Numbered from the whole stretch's first letter, positions 13,016 to 24,913 are shown. The stretch: 63,821 nucleotides of DNA, filler included, from Lama guanicoe (GCA_013239625.1; 147 parts of 147 records of this genome joined end to end with filler, not necessarily neighbours in it); one strand, 5' to 3'. Program-made: numbers and translations. Notes: generated from the sequence alone by a model not told the origin.

Positions 13016-13300
13016 GAGAAACACCAGGGTAAATCCAGGATGGAGAGCAGGTAAGAATGAGGAGTGGAGTCCGGAAGCCGGGGCGGCTCCTCACAGTCGC
13101 AGGCAGAGCCGCCCCGGGAGCCGTGGGGCGGGCGGGGCGCTGTAACTGCGGGAGCGGTGGGGCTGCGCGGGGAAGGGGGTGCGCAGGCAGCAGCCCGGAG
13201 GGCTGTGTGTGGAGGTGCTGTCTGAGGAGGGGGTCCAAGGAAGTGGACCCCAGGAAGTGAGGTCACTTCCTTGACCACAGACCCCAACAGAAACGGAACC
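13016..13300 (+). promoter_or_regulatory. CpG-rich promoter or first-exon-like fragment with GC boxes and ETS sites
   Basis: GGGGCGG boxes at 13081 and 13125-13140, GGAAG(T/C) ETS cores at ~13071, 13239, 13253 and 13265 (minus), and a CAG|GTAAGA donor at 13050/51. Confidence 0.5.
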
Positions 13301-13449
13301 TGGTTACCAGGCACCCACATTCTAGTGACAGCCCCAGAGCCAGCTCACTNNNNNNNNNNNNNNNNNNNNNNNNNNNNNNNNNNNNNNNNNNNNTTAATTA
13401 ATTAANNNNNNNNNNNNNNNNNNNNNNNNNNNNNNNNNNNNNNNNNNNN

Positions 13450-13783
13450 TACCTACATAAGGGGGCAAAAGACCTGTACTTGGGAAACTATAAGACACTG
13501 ATGAAAGAAATTGAACATGACACAAACAGATGGAAAGATGTACTTTGTTCTTGGATTGGAAGATCAATATTGTTAAAATGACCATACTACCAAAGGCAAT
13601 CTACAGATTCAATGCAATCCCTATCAAAATACTTGTGGTATTTTTCACAGAACTAGAACATATAATTTTAAAATTTGTGTGGAAACACAAAAGACCTCAA
13701 ATAGCCAAAACAATCTTGAGAAATAAGAAAAGAACTGAAGGAATCATGCTCCCTGACTTCAGACTATACTACAAAGCTACAGT
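13450..13783 (+). mobile_element. LINE-1 ORF2 fragment
   Basis: Translation [23 protein letters not shown]...[26 protein letters not shown]...[11 protein letters not shown]. Confidence 0.95.
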
Positions 13784-14317
13784 NNNNNNNNNNNNNNNNN
13801 NNNNNNNNNNNNNNNNNNNNNNNNNNNTTAATTAATTAANNNNNNNNNNNNNNNNNNNNNNNNNNNNNNNNNNNNNNNNNNNNTCACCCTGGACCAGTCA
13901 TGAGGCCAAAAGGATGGGCCCAGTGACTTGCAAAGACTGAGTCCGCAAAGCTCTGCTCAGTAAGGCCCTTCCTTCTCTCCGCACCTGGGACCAACTCAGG
14001 TGTGAGGCAGGCCTGGTCAGAGACAGAGGACTGGAAAAGAACTTAGAACCGATGCTGTGGGGTCCTGCCCTCCTCCCAAGGCCGACCCCCTGAGCGGGAG
14101 CCAGGCAGGCCAGGGTGTGGCACCTGACACACTTGTTGGATTCAGAAGTCGCTCAGGTAACCGTCAGTATCCAAGTGAAACTTGGAGGAAGGTGGGTCCA
14201 CTGGTGACACTGGAAATNNNNNNNNNNNNNNNNNNNNNNNNNNNNNNNNNNNNNNNNNNNNTTAATTAATTAANNNNNNNNNNNNNNNNNNNNNNNNNNN
14301 NNNNNNNNNNNNNNNNN

Positions 14318-14651
14318 CCACAGATTGTTATCTATGTCTGTGAGTCTGATTCTGTTTTGTCAATAAAGTTACTTGTATCTTTTTTTTTTTAAGATTCCAC
14401 GTATAAGTTATAAATTTATGTTTCTCTCTCTGACTTACTTCACTTAGTATGCTAATCGCTATGTCCATTCCATTTAGCTGGAAACAACATTCTTTCATCC
14501 CCTGTAGTGACTACCTAGTATTCCGAGGTGTGCATATACCACGTCTTCGTTACCCACTCACTGCAGATAGACCCTGACTGCGCTTCGTAAACAGAGCTGA
14601 CTTGAATATTGAGCTGTATGTCTGGGAAGTCTAGAGATTATTATACTACAT
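14318..14651 (-). mobile_element. LINE-1 3' end
   Basis: tctatgtctgtgagtctg...agattccacgtataagt...tctgacttacttcacttagtatg. Confidence 0.85.
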
Positions 14652-16053
14652 NNNNNNNNNNNNNNNNNNNNNNNNNNNNNNNNNNNNNNNNNNNNTTAAT
14701 TAATTAANNNNNNNNNNNNNNNNNNNNNNNNNNNNNNNNNNNNNNNNNNNNTGTATTATAGTTGAGGGAAAAAAAAATGTAACTCAATCACCTAAATTGT
14801 GTTTGTTAGTCAGTCTGGGCACACACAGCATTAGTGCTGTTGCTATTACACATTCTGGCAAGGCTGTTTTTTCAAGTGTTCTGCAAAATCTAAGGCAAGT
14901 CTAAGACCATTATTTGCCAGTCCCTCTTTATCAGCAATCCAATACTGATTCCACTGACAGGAAGCCCTTAGGTGGCTCAATAATAAAAGAAAAGAAGGCT
15001 TAGCAGATTCCCTTGAGGTAAATGCTAATAATGCAATACTGATGTGTCTACCTTACCTGAAAAGTCTCTAGCTAACTATTGTGGGNNNNNNNNNNNNNNN
15101 NNNNNNNNNNNNNNNNNNNNNNNNNNNNNTTAATTAATTAANNNNNNNNNNNNNNNNNNNNNNNNNNNNNNNNNNNNNNNNNNNNTGTTCTGTTCCTCTC
15201 TGTACTATAGAATATGTTTCGTGTAGTTTGGCATGTTGCTTGTGAACGCCACATTTGATAGAGAAATTTGCCAGGTAACAGTACCGCTTCTCAGGTATCT
15301 CTACTCTGGACAGCAGCATTCTTATTAAGAAATACAGCCTGTTACTATAACAGTATGGCAGTAAAAATGCATCTCAACACTTGCAGGCTTTCCTGTTACT
15401 TTGTGCCCTTTGTAAGTGGGCCTGGCAACTACCTCTTCAGTTACATAATCAGTGTAGTGCCTGCTTTATGTGGCTGTGTGCTGGAATCTGTTCTGTCGTC
15501 GCTGGTGAGAACACCGTGGNNNNNNNNNNNNNNNNNNNNNNNNNNNNNNNNNNNNNNNNNNNNTTAATTAATTAANNNNNNNNNNNNNNNNNNNNNNNNN
15601 NNNNNNNNNNNNNNNNNNNAATCATTATGGAAAAAATGGGACACATAATTGATAATATCTGAAGAAAATACACTATTATCTTAATCACAAGGTTAATAAG
15701 ATAATTGAAAGATCATTTTGTTCCTTCTATCCCTTTTAAGCAAAGCTTAAATGTTTACAGTTTTCTTTAAAAGAAGAGTGTACTTTTTATAGTGTAATTT
15801 TTATAAATTATACTTAGAAGTTTTAATAAATGTAACAAATATTAAAATAAATTGTGTCCTCTAAAAAAACTGAATGTAAAACAAATATATTTTTGTCAAA
15901 TGATATTTTTAGATTACCTACAAACTAAAGCTTAAAATATATTATTAAAAAAANNNNNNNNNNNNNNNNNNNNNNNNNNNNNNNNNNNNNNNNNNNNTTA
16001 ATTAATTAANNNNNNNNNNNNNNNNNNNNNNNNNNNNNNNNNNNNNNNNNNNN

Positions 16054-16127
16054 TGTGCCAGGCACCGTCTTAAGGCGTTCTCACGTATTAACTTATTCAA
16101 TCCTGGAAACGCCCCTGTGAGGCAGGC
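16054..16127 (-). mobile_element. MIR SINE fragment
   Basis: tgtgccaggcaccgtcttaaggcgttctcacgtattaacttattcaatcct...cctgtgaggcagg. Confidence 0.8.
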
Positions 16128-16509
16128 GCGACAGCTGACACCTGGCTTCAGAGCTCACGGTACTTCTCACGGGAAACCGCGTTTTGGTATTTTCATTATA
16201 ATGACAGCTGACATACCACACGTTTTAAGCTTTAACAAGTGTTTTCACAGAACCCACTCTCCTTCCCCTTCTCTGCGGTGTGTGGGACCAAGCCTTGCTT
16301 GTGCAACCAGCCCCGTCATCTCGGCTGGAGGAGTGAGGCCATCAGACCGGGAGAGGCTGAGGGTCGGCATGGCCTCACCTGGACTTGNNNNNNNNNNNNN
16401 NNNNNNNNNNNNNNNNNNNNNNNNNNNNNNNTTAATTAATTAANNNNNNNNNNNNNNNNNNNNNNNNNNNNNNNNNNNNNNNNNNNNTTATAGATTACAC
16501 ATCATTTTA

Positions 16510-16720
16510 ACCTTTTTGAAACAGACTTTACTTTTTAGGATAGTTTTAGGTTCATAGCAAAATTGAATGGAAGGTGCAGAGGTTTCCCATGTAACTCCTG
16601 CCTCCACACGTGTATAACCTCCCCCATTACAGCATCCCCCACCAGAGTGGTATGTTTGTTGCAGCTGATGAACCTCAACTGATAACATCATTACCACTCA
16701 AAGTCCATAGTTTACATTAG
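16510..16720 (-). mobile_element. L1MC-like 3' UTR
   Basis: agttttaggttcatagcaaaattgaatggaaggtgcagag...atcccccaccagagtggta...aagtccatagtttacattag. Confidence 0.88.
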
Positions 16721-16821
16721 ATGACACCAAAAGCAAAAGCAACAAAAACAAAAATAAACAAACGAGACTACATTAAACTAAAAGCTTCTGCACAGGAAAG
16801 GAAACCATCAACAAAATGAAA
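16719..16821 (+). mobile_element. 5'-truncated younger L1 (ORF2)
   Basis: atgacaccaaaagcaaaagcaacaaaaacaaaaataaacaa...gactacattaaactaaaagcttctgcacag. Confidence 0.88.
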
Positions 16822-17789
16822 NNNNNNNNNNNNNNNNNNNNNNNNNNNNNNNNNNNNNNNNNNNNTTAATTAATTAANNNNNNNNNNNNNNNNNNNNNNN
16901 NNNNNNNNNNNNNNNNNNNNNAGTTTCTTTTTAAGTATTTCAATAGAGTTGATAATTATGTATTGAAAACCAATGTTAGAGTTAGCAAATACTCACTACA
17001 CAATGTGTGCATTCAAATAAAAATTTGTAAACCTTGGGAAATACTACTAAAGCAGGTATATCATCAGTTTTCCTATCTCTGAATCTGAGGTGGGTAATAT
17101 TGAACCAGGGATATACTGTTAGTCTTCACTACCACCATTTACAGATACACTGGTCTAAGTGATTCACCTCAGTAGAGAAGAATTCTATGTGGTCGTTCTG
17201 TAAAAAATTCTATGAGAAAATAAATAATAAAATTTTACTATGATAAATATTGCAANNNNNNNNNNNNNNNNNNNNNNNNNNNNNNNNNNNNNNNNNNNNT
17301 TAATTAATTAANNNNNNNNNNNNNNNNNNNNNNNNNNNNNNNNNNNNNNNNNNNNAGGTTTTTGCATCTGGAGCGGCAGCTGGGACAGAAGCTAGCACCT
17401 GTTTGAAGTTACAATAATTAACAGCCTCGGAGATCTATCCGCCTCCTGACAGACCTACCAGGCTCGTGAAAGGAGAAAAGTGGCACCGCTACTCCTGCCT
17501 TCCCTTGGGTCTGACGGTGGCCCGATTTCTGCACATTCCTCCCAGGATGGAGCGTGGCTTTGGGTTTCACATCCCAGCAGACGCGGGGGGGCGGTGTTTT
17601 GGGGGCTTTGCTCAGGCCTTCCTTCCACAGCAGCTCTCATCCCGTGAGTCAGGAGCCAGGATGGGCATTGTCAGTCGGGGAGTGTGGCTNNNNNNNNNNN
17701 NNNNNNNNNNNNNNNNNNNNNNNNNNNNNNNNNTTAATTAATTAANNNNNNNNNNNNNNNNNNNNNNNNNNNNNNNNNNNNNNNNNNNN

Positions 17790-18025
17790 AGGGGAAGATT
17801 AGGAGTCTTGAGTTGGCCACAGTGATTTTAAGATGTCTATTTAACCAACATGCGAGGCTGTGCAAATAGTTGGATATTTGGGTTCCAGATATCAGGGTAG
17901 AGGTCTAGATTAGAGACCTGAGTTTGAAATTTAGGGATATAGGTGCTATTTAATGTCTTATGATTTTTGAAAATGACGTAAGTGAACAGTGAGATAGAAA
18001 AGAGAAAAGGCCCAAGCGTTAATTC
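17790..18025 (-). mobile_element. LINE-2 fragment
   Basis: ggggaagattaggagt...tttaagatgtctatt...tagttggatatttgggt...cagggtagaggtctagattagaga. Confidence 0.7.
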
Positions 18026-18223
18026 CTTCCCTAAACATCTGGTTATCTGGTATGAGTAGGGTGATTATCATCTTAGCATCCAAACATGAACACTTTTGAG
18101 AATGAAAATGAGCACTACTAATCNNNNNNNNNNNNNNNNNNNNNNNNNNNNNNNNNNNNNNNNNNNNTTAATTAATTAANNNNNNNNNNNNNNNNNNNNN
18201 NNNNNNNNNNNNNNNNNNNNNNN

Positions 18224-18557
18224 CCTGGACCACACATCCCACTGTGCCAAGAACCAGAGGCAGTTGTGTCAACAACCAGCCCTGCTCACCAGCAGGTCAG
18301 TGCTAGACCCAGGACCCACAGCCCTGCAACCATCCTTAAATATGGCTCCACCCAAAAGTGAATTATAAAGGAACTCTCAAAAGGTTGACTTTTGAACAGG
18401 AAGTCTGCGGGCCAGAAGTGAGCAGCACAATGAATTTAAATTGCTGAAAGGAAAAATTGTACAACTAAGAATCTCTACCTGACAAGGTTTTCATTCAGAT
18501 TTGATGGAAAGATCAAAACCCGCTTTATAAGAAACGTTAAAGGGACTTCTCTAAGGG
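18224..18557 (+). mobile_element. Internally deleted LINE-1 (5' UTR-like plus ORF1 3' pieces)
   Basis: ggccagaagtgagcagcacaatgaatttaaattgctgaaaggaaaaa...caactaagaat...tttcattcagatttgatgga matches the ORF1 C-terminal region. Confidence 0.75.
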
Positions 18558-19218
18558 NNNNNNNNNNNNNNNNNNNNNNNNNNNNNNNNNNNNNNNNNNN
18601 NTTAATTAATTAANNNNNNNNNNNNNNNNNNNNNNNNNNNNNNNNNNNNNNNNNNNNTTTGTCTTCAGAAAATGCTAATGGACTGTGTGAATTTTCAACC
18701 TAGAATCGTGCTTCATCCTGTGAGTGTTACTTTGGGACCACACTAACCAATCCCCCTTACAGTCGTGACCTAGACCTCAAGTGAGACTTTGATGCTGTTA
18801 GACCATCACCCTGCATCTTCACCATCCGTTTATCCTCTCACTGTTCTAAAGTAAGTAAAGGGCTGTTAGGACTGTTAGGGATACAGGACCATGGTGCTAG
18901 AGGAGTATTTCTACCTTTTCCTCTCTCTTTAAAAATCCTGATACTTTATTCTCTTTCCTCTGTCCCAACCAATGACTTCACTTTCTACTTCNNNNNNNNN
19001 NNNNNNNNNNNNNNNNNNNNNNNNNNNNNNNNNNNTTAATTAATTAANNNNNNNNNNNNNNNNNNNNNNNNNNNNNNNNNNNNNNNNNNNNACTTTTACA
19101 CTTTTTGATGGCTGTGAAAGGGGAGAATTGCCCAGTTATTTCCCTAATCCCATTCCCTCCACTTGTCTTCTCATGCCACCCAAGGTGAATAAGAGATGCT
19201 ATGAATTGGTCCAGTTCT

Positions 19219-19422
19219 AGAACATACAGATGACTAACAGGCATGTGTAAAGAAACCCAGCATGACTAATTATTAGAGAAATGCAAATCAAAACCTCAGT
19301 GAGATGTCACCTCACACCTGTTAGAATGTCTATCATCAAAAAGTCAAATGTTACACAAAATGTTATGGTAACTCAGAGAGAAAATGTGACAATGAGTGTG
19401 TATATGTCCATGAATGACTGAA
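19219..19422 (+). mobile_element. LINE-1 ORF2 end joined to 3' UTR
   Basis: attagagaaatgcaaatcaaaac...cacctcacacctgttagaatg, followed abruptly by 3' UTR-like aatgtgacaatgagtgtgtatatgtccatg. Confidence 0.85.
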
Positions 19423-20390
19423 NNNNNNNNNNNNNNNNNNNNNNNNNNNNNNNNNNNNNNNNNNNNTTAATTAATTAANNNNNNNNNNNNNNNNNNNNNN
19501 NNNNNNNNNNNNNNNNNNNNNNAAAAAAAACAAATCAACTAAGAATTAAATCTTTGAATTGTGACTCTTGAATTGCTTTTAGATACTCACTGGTTGTCAA
19601 TCTTTACTCTCCCAGGGACGGCTATTGCCACCTGGTTTGTCTCCTTTTGTGTCCTGAGAACTTGGCTTAGCAACTGTCAGTCTGGGGGTCCCAAAAATAT
19701 GGCTAGGCAGAAATATGGGTTACATTCCTTGCAGCTAGGGTCCAGCTGACTGTTGCCAGCTCTCAGGGAGTCATCTTGAGTATTTCTTTGTTTTATTCTT
19801 GGGACTGGCTGTGGATCTTGAGATGGTAGTGTATTTTGCACACTCTTTGCAGAGTCNNNNNNNNNNNNNNNNNNNNNNNNNNNNNNNNNNNNNNNNNNNN
19901 TTAATTAATTAANNNNNNNNNNNNNNNNNNNNNNNNNNNNNNNNNNNNNNNNNNNNCTGGCCCCCACTCACCTGGGCTGTGGCCACCTCTCCAGCTGGCG
20001 CCTCGCTGGCTCCCCCTTTCCCGCTACTTGCTGTTCCTCGCGGCCCTCATGTTGGCCTGAGCGACTGCTACACCTGCCTCCCTTCCTTCTTTCCAAACTC
20101 CCCGGGAACTCCCTCACCAGGACTGAGGGAGCAGAACCAGGACCGTAGGTAAAAGCACTGCATGCCCTGAAAATCCGAATTAGCTCTCTCGGTTCTGGGT
20201 GTGTCAGCTGCCGTCCTACGGACTGAAGATCCTGGAACCTGCAGCTCGGAGCCTTGGTTTCCGCAGCCTGGACACTCTCCCCTAGGCCCCNNNNNNNNNN
20301 NNNNNNNNNNNNNNNNNNNNNNNNNNNNNNNNNNTTAATTAATTAANNNNNNNNNNNNNNNNNNNNNNNNNNNNNNNNNNNNNNNNNNNN

Positions 20391-20670
20391 GAACACATGT
20401 AAGAGTAGAATTGCTGTGTGTTGTATGTGTTTTTATAGCATTACTGGATTTAACTAGTTGTATGAATTTATACCTCTACTATCAGTGTATAATTAATCTC
20501 ACTAATGGACTTTCTTGCCAATAGTTGGTATTTTCAGACTTTTTCATTTTGTCCATCAGTTGAGAATTGAATGGTACCTCCTGGTGGTTTAAAAATGCAT
20601 TTTGCTGATTACTACCAAGTTGGGAATCTTTACATGCCTATTGGCCTGCTGTGTTTCCTTTTCGTAATCT
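20391..20670 (-). mobile_element. Old L1 (L1ME-like) fragment
   Basis: gtagaattgctg...aatttatacctc...cagtgtat...tcttgccaata...aatggtacctc...tgcatttt. Confidence 0.7.
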
Positions 20671-21708
20671 AGCTCTAGCCCTTCCAGTGACATTAAGTTC
20701 CTTATTATTTTTATATATATAAAANNNNNNNNNNNNNNNNNNNNNNNNNNNNNNNNNNNNNNNNNNNNTTAATTAATTAANNNNNNNNNNNNNNNNNNNN
20801 NNNNNNNNNNNNNNNNNNNNNNNNGCTGCACTGGCTTCCCACATTTCCTCCTTTCCTGAGCCTAATACATTTGACTGATGAATTAAACACAAAATACCAT
20901 CAATTAAAAAAAAAGAGAAGATACTGGCATACATTCATCTTATTTATGGATTCATTACTTCTGGGCATATAAGGAAATCAAGAACTGCGAAGATATGGAA
21001 ATGGAATGCACTGGATACACACAATCTATCAGGAAAGTGACTTTTAAAATTTATTTATTTTTATTCTGAGCTGTGAAATTACCCTGCTTTGCTGCCCTTG
21101 ACAGCAGATCAATAAATAACAGCTTAACGACATTAAGGCTTTGCTCTCTGTGGCTGAANNNNNNNNNNNNNNNNNNNNNNNNNNNNNNNNNNNNNNNNNN
21201 NNTTAATTAATTAANNNNNNNNNNNNNNNNNNNNNNNNNNNNNNNNNNNNNNNNNNNNGAGTTAACTGTCCCAAGTCCCCCTTATTGGAGGCCATTATGT
21301 GACCTCATGACCCCTTAGCAGCCACTCCTATTTAACTGCGGTCCATGGCTTTGTTCATTCCCATCAAATTTTTCCCTCTATTCCCAACACTCCAATTCTA
21401 TCCCAGGACCAAAGTACAATGTTCAGTAAGAGCATATCTAGAAAGGTGGTGTATGTGGGGGGGAATACATCTATCCTGAGCAAAACTGATTATCTCCCTG
21501 CTGTAAAATGCATCTCACTTATGCAATTTAAAGTTTCTCTAGATCAATGTGCATGATTTCATATATAGGATCCAGCTAGGTATCACACTTATNNNNNNNN
21601 NNNNNNNNNNNNNNNNNNNNNNNNNNNNNNNNNNNNTTAATTAATTAANNNNNNNNNNNNNNNNNNNNNNNNNNNNNNNNNNNNNNNNNNNNTCTAAGTT
21701 GAAGGAAC

Positions 21709-21732
21709 ATGGCGACGTCTAATCTGTTAAAG
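21709..21732 (+). CDS. CUL5: Cullin-5, first coding exon (MATSNLLK), followed by intron 1
   Basis: ATG GCG ACG TCT AAT CTG TTA AAG|GTAAGC equals the CUL5 N-terminus as I recall it (MATSNLLKNKGSLQFEDKW). Strong Kozak context aacATGG, canonical donor at 21733, CpG island downstream. Confidence 0.9.
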
Positions 21733-22027
21733 GTAAGCCCCTCGGTCCGGCTTGCTTTCTGCTCCGGGGCCGCCTGGGTTCGGCCCTTAGGGAAAGGCTC
21801 GGGTTAGGTTCAGCGGCGTAGTGTGGGAGCGCTCGGGGCTTGTCTGCCGGAAGGGGAGCCGGGGAGGCTGCCGCCGCGGGCCGGAGCGCGCGGGTCTCCG
21901 GCCTTGGGGTCGGGAGGCCGCTGGGCCGGCGGGCTCGAGGCCCGGCCGGGGGCTGGCTGGGAGCGGGGCTTCCCCGGGGCCGGCGCCGGCGGGGGCCGCG
22001 GAGAGGGGACGTCTGGGCGCCGGGCCG
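21733..22027 (+). promoter_or_regulatory. CUL5: CpG island in CUL5 intron 1
   Basis: Extremely GC/CpG-rich sequence immediately after the exon-1 donor. Confidence 0.85.
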
Positions 22028-22995
22028 NNNNNNNNNNNNNNNNNNNNNNNNNNNNNNNNNNNNNNNNNNNNTTAATTAATTAANNNNNNNNNNNNNNNNN
22101 NNNNNNNNNNNNNNNNNNNNNNNNNNNCAAACACCACACTGAGAACGGCTCCGGGTTCAGAGGAAGGACCTTCATCGTAGCATCAGTTCACCAAATATCA
22201 AAACATAGGCCCGGCTCGCTTTGGGGACCTGCCTGAATCACGTCCAACCAGGCCAGCCCAGAAAGCACCGCCTGGATGCACACTTGGGTTCACCGACGGT
22301 GGCTTGGGCGAGTTACTCCACGGCGCCCCTTCTGTTTTGTCAACAGTAAAATGGAGGTCATGGTTCCATCCTCACAGGGTTTTATGAGGACTGGGTCAGT
22401 ACCCATAAAGTGCTTAAAACAGGGCACAGCACACAGGAAGCCCTCAGTGGGGGTCACTCTCNNNNNNNNNNNNNNNNNNNNNNNNNNNNNNNNNNNNNNN
22501 NNNNNTTAATTAATTAANNNNNNNNNNNNNNNNNNNNNNNNNNNNNNNNNNNNNNNNNNNNAAAAAAAAAAACCAGAAATCACCCACTTGTCTAAAATAA
22601 TTTATATTCAGTCAACTATGTCCAAACTATCTGATTATCATAAGAGTCTTTTATAGTATAATTAACATTTCTATTTTCTGGAAGAGATTACCAAGTTCAC
22701 ACAAAGGTTTAATGATTTGCCAAGACCCCACAGGTAGACAGCAATAAAACCAGAGTAGAAACCAGGATCATCGTTAGTTCAAGATTCCAATTTGAAGTAC
22801 TCACCCTGACACCAGTGAGGCAAATTAGCTTCCACCAGTTGACCCGTCTTCATTTCCATCAATAATCATGTAAAATTGTGAATGATAGATGAAGGNNNNN
22901 NNNNNNNNNNNNNNNNNNNNNNNNNNNNNNNNNNNNNNNTTAATTAATTAANNNNNNNNNNNNNNNNNNNNNNNNNNNNNNNNNNNNNNNNNNNN

Positions 22996-23290
22996 AATGT
23001 GGTTTAGTAGTGGTTAAGAGCATAGATTCTAAAATAAGACTGATATGGGTCCAAGTGTTGTCCTCTGGAAACCTGGTTAACTCCTGTGACTCTGAGCGAA
23101 GTTATACAAATCCGGGAGTACTCTTTTCACTGTATTTAATATGAGTAGCTCTTCATAGAATAGTGTGCTGTGACAGTCATGACATAAGTCATGATGCACC
23201 TAACTCATAAGAATGTTATGTGGATTATATAAGAAAAGAGTATAAAGTACCAGGCTTGATGTTCAGTAATTACTCATAAATGATTGTATT
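22996..23290 (+). mobile_element. MIR SINE (degenerate)
   Basis: tagtggttaagagcatagattct...agactga...tgggtcca...ctgtgactctgagcgaagtta. Confidence 0.7.
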
Positions 23291-23865
23291 GTTTATTTTT
23301 GCCTATTTTTCTTGCAGAACTTATAAAAAANNNNNNNNNNNNNNNNNNNNNNNNNNNNNNNNNNNNNNNNNNNNTTAATTAATTAANNNNNNNNNNNNNN
23401 NNNNNNNNNNNNNNNNNNNNNNNNNNNNNNCTCATTGTACTATGGGTGTCTGGGGGTCTGTAACACATCACAATTTTATCCATATTTTGTTCTCTCCTAA
23501 AGGAATTATCAGGACTAACACAGATCTTGATATGCATTAAGTCTGACCAACATTTACTCAATGAATTGTATCATCCAAATATATTTAAAATGAAATACAG
23601 CTACCTGTCCCATGCTCTAAGCACAGACTTAAAAGAACCAAAAATAATTATAACAATCACATAATATCCTGAAGGCCTTCAGTGTCAAGGACTGAGCAGT
23701 GTCTAAAGTTTCTTTAGAACACACTTCAACTCTTTCATAATAGATCAATTCTGCTTTTGGTATCTNNNNNNNNNNNNNNNNNNNNNNNNNNNNNNNNNNN
23801 NNNNNNNNNTTAATTAATTAANNNNNNNNNNNNNNNNNNNNNNNNNNNNNNNNNNNNNNNNNNNN

Positions 23866-24199
23866 CCTTTATGGTCTCCTTTGCTGTGCAGAGGCTTACA
23901 CATTTAGTCTTGTCTCTTGTTCAGTCTTTAAGCCATTTTGAGTTTTGTGTGTGTGTGTGTATGGTGTGAGAGGGTGTTCTAGTTTTATTGATTTGCAGGC
24001 AGCTGTTCTGCCTGTGTTTTCCTCTAGGAATCTTATAGTGTCCGGTCTTTCTCACATTTAGGTCTTTAACCCACTTTGAGTGTTCGTATATGGCATTAGA
24101 GAATGTTCTAATTTCACTCTTTTATAGGTAGCTGTCCGGCTTTCCCAGCACCACTTACTGAAGAGACTGTCTTTTCTTCATCATATATTCTTGTTTCCT
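23866..24199 (-). mobile_element. LINE-1 ORF2 fragment with the same segment present twice
   Basis: gtctttaagccattttgagttt...tatggtgtgagagggtgttctagttt recurs as ggtctttaacccactttgagtgt...tatggcattagagaatgttctaattt. Confidence 0.88.
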
Positions 24200-24900
24200 N
24201 NNNNNNNNNNNNNNNNNNNNNNNNNNNNNNNNNNNNNNNNNNNTTAATTAATTAANNNNNNNNNNNNNNNNNNNNNNNNNNNNNNNNNNNNNNNNNNNNA
24301 AAACAAAACAAAATACATATGTATTCCTACTTTTCTGCAGCAAAATCTGCCACAGAAAATTCAGCACAGTTTCAAACTGGCTTTTAGAACTTTGGTAAAG
24401 TGTGTAAAAGATGGGTTTTGTGAGGGCTGGAAGACTGCCCAGTGGGAACCAGTTATTTTGGTGAATGATGGGGAAGAGAGATAAAAAGAGGATGCAGCGA
24501 AGTGTCAGCAAACTGTGCCTTGTCATTGCTTCAACTTGTCAAGAGAGTTTTTTTGACCTGGTGAAATGAGAAGCCACGGGAGGTGGGATGGGGCTGAAAT
24601 GCTTCTGTGATTAACTCTATCTGCATCTTTGGTCNNNNNNNNNNNNNNNNNNNNNNNNNNNNNNNNNNNNNNNNNNNNTTAATTAATTAANNNNNNNNNN
24701 NNNNNNNNNNNNNNNNNNNNNNNNNNNNNNNNNNTTGGTTCTGGGTGATAGTGATGGATTCTCCTTCCTCCACCTCCACAGTGTGGTAATTGTCAACGAG
24801 AATTTAGATGAACTACCGACATGTTTTTGAGTCCTTGGAGCTTGCACAAACTGTGCACTCGCTCAGGGCTTTCACTCTCTGTGCAGGTCACTCGTGGCTG

Positions 24901-24913
24901 GTTGCTAGGCAAC
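24901..24913. promoter_or_regulatory. RFX X-box motif GTTGCTAGGCAAC
   Basis: Matches the palindromic RFX consensus. The inverted repeat extends to CTGGTTGC-TAG-GCAACCAG (24898-24916). Confidence 0.55.

Noticed and set aside
21259..21592. Possible degenerate ERV internal (pol) sequence
   Set aside because: I could not recover a convincing retroviral peptide motif in any frame.
21821..22083. Three overlapping Gly/Arg/Ala-rich ORFs
   Set aside because: They are stop-poor GC-rich intron 1 of CUL5, downstream of the splice donor.
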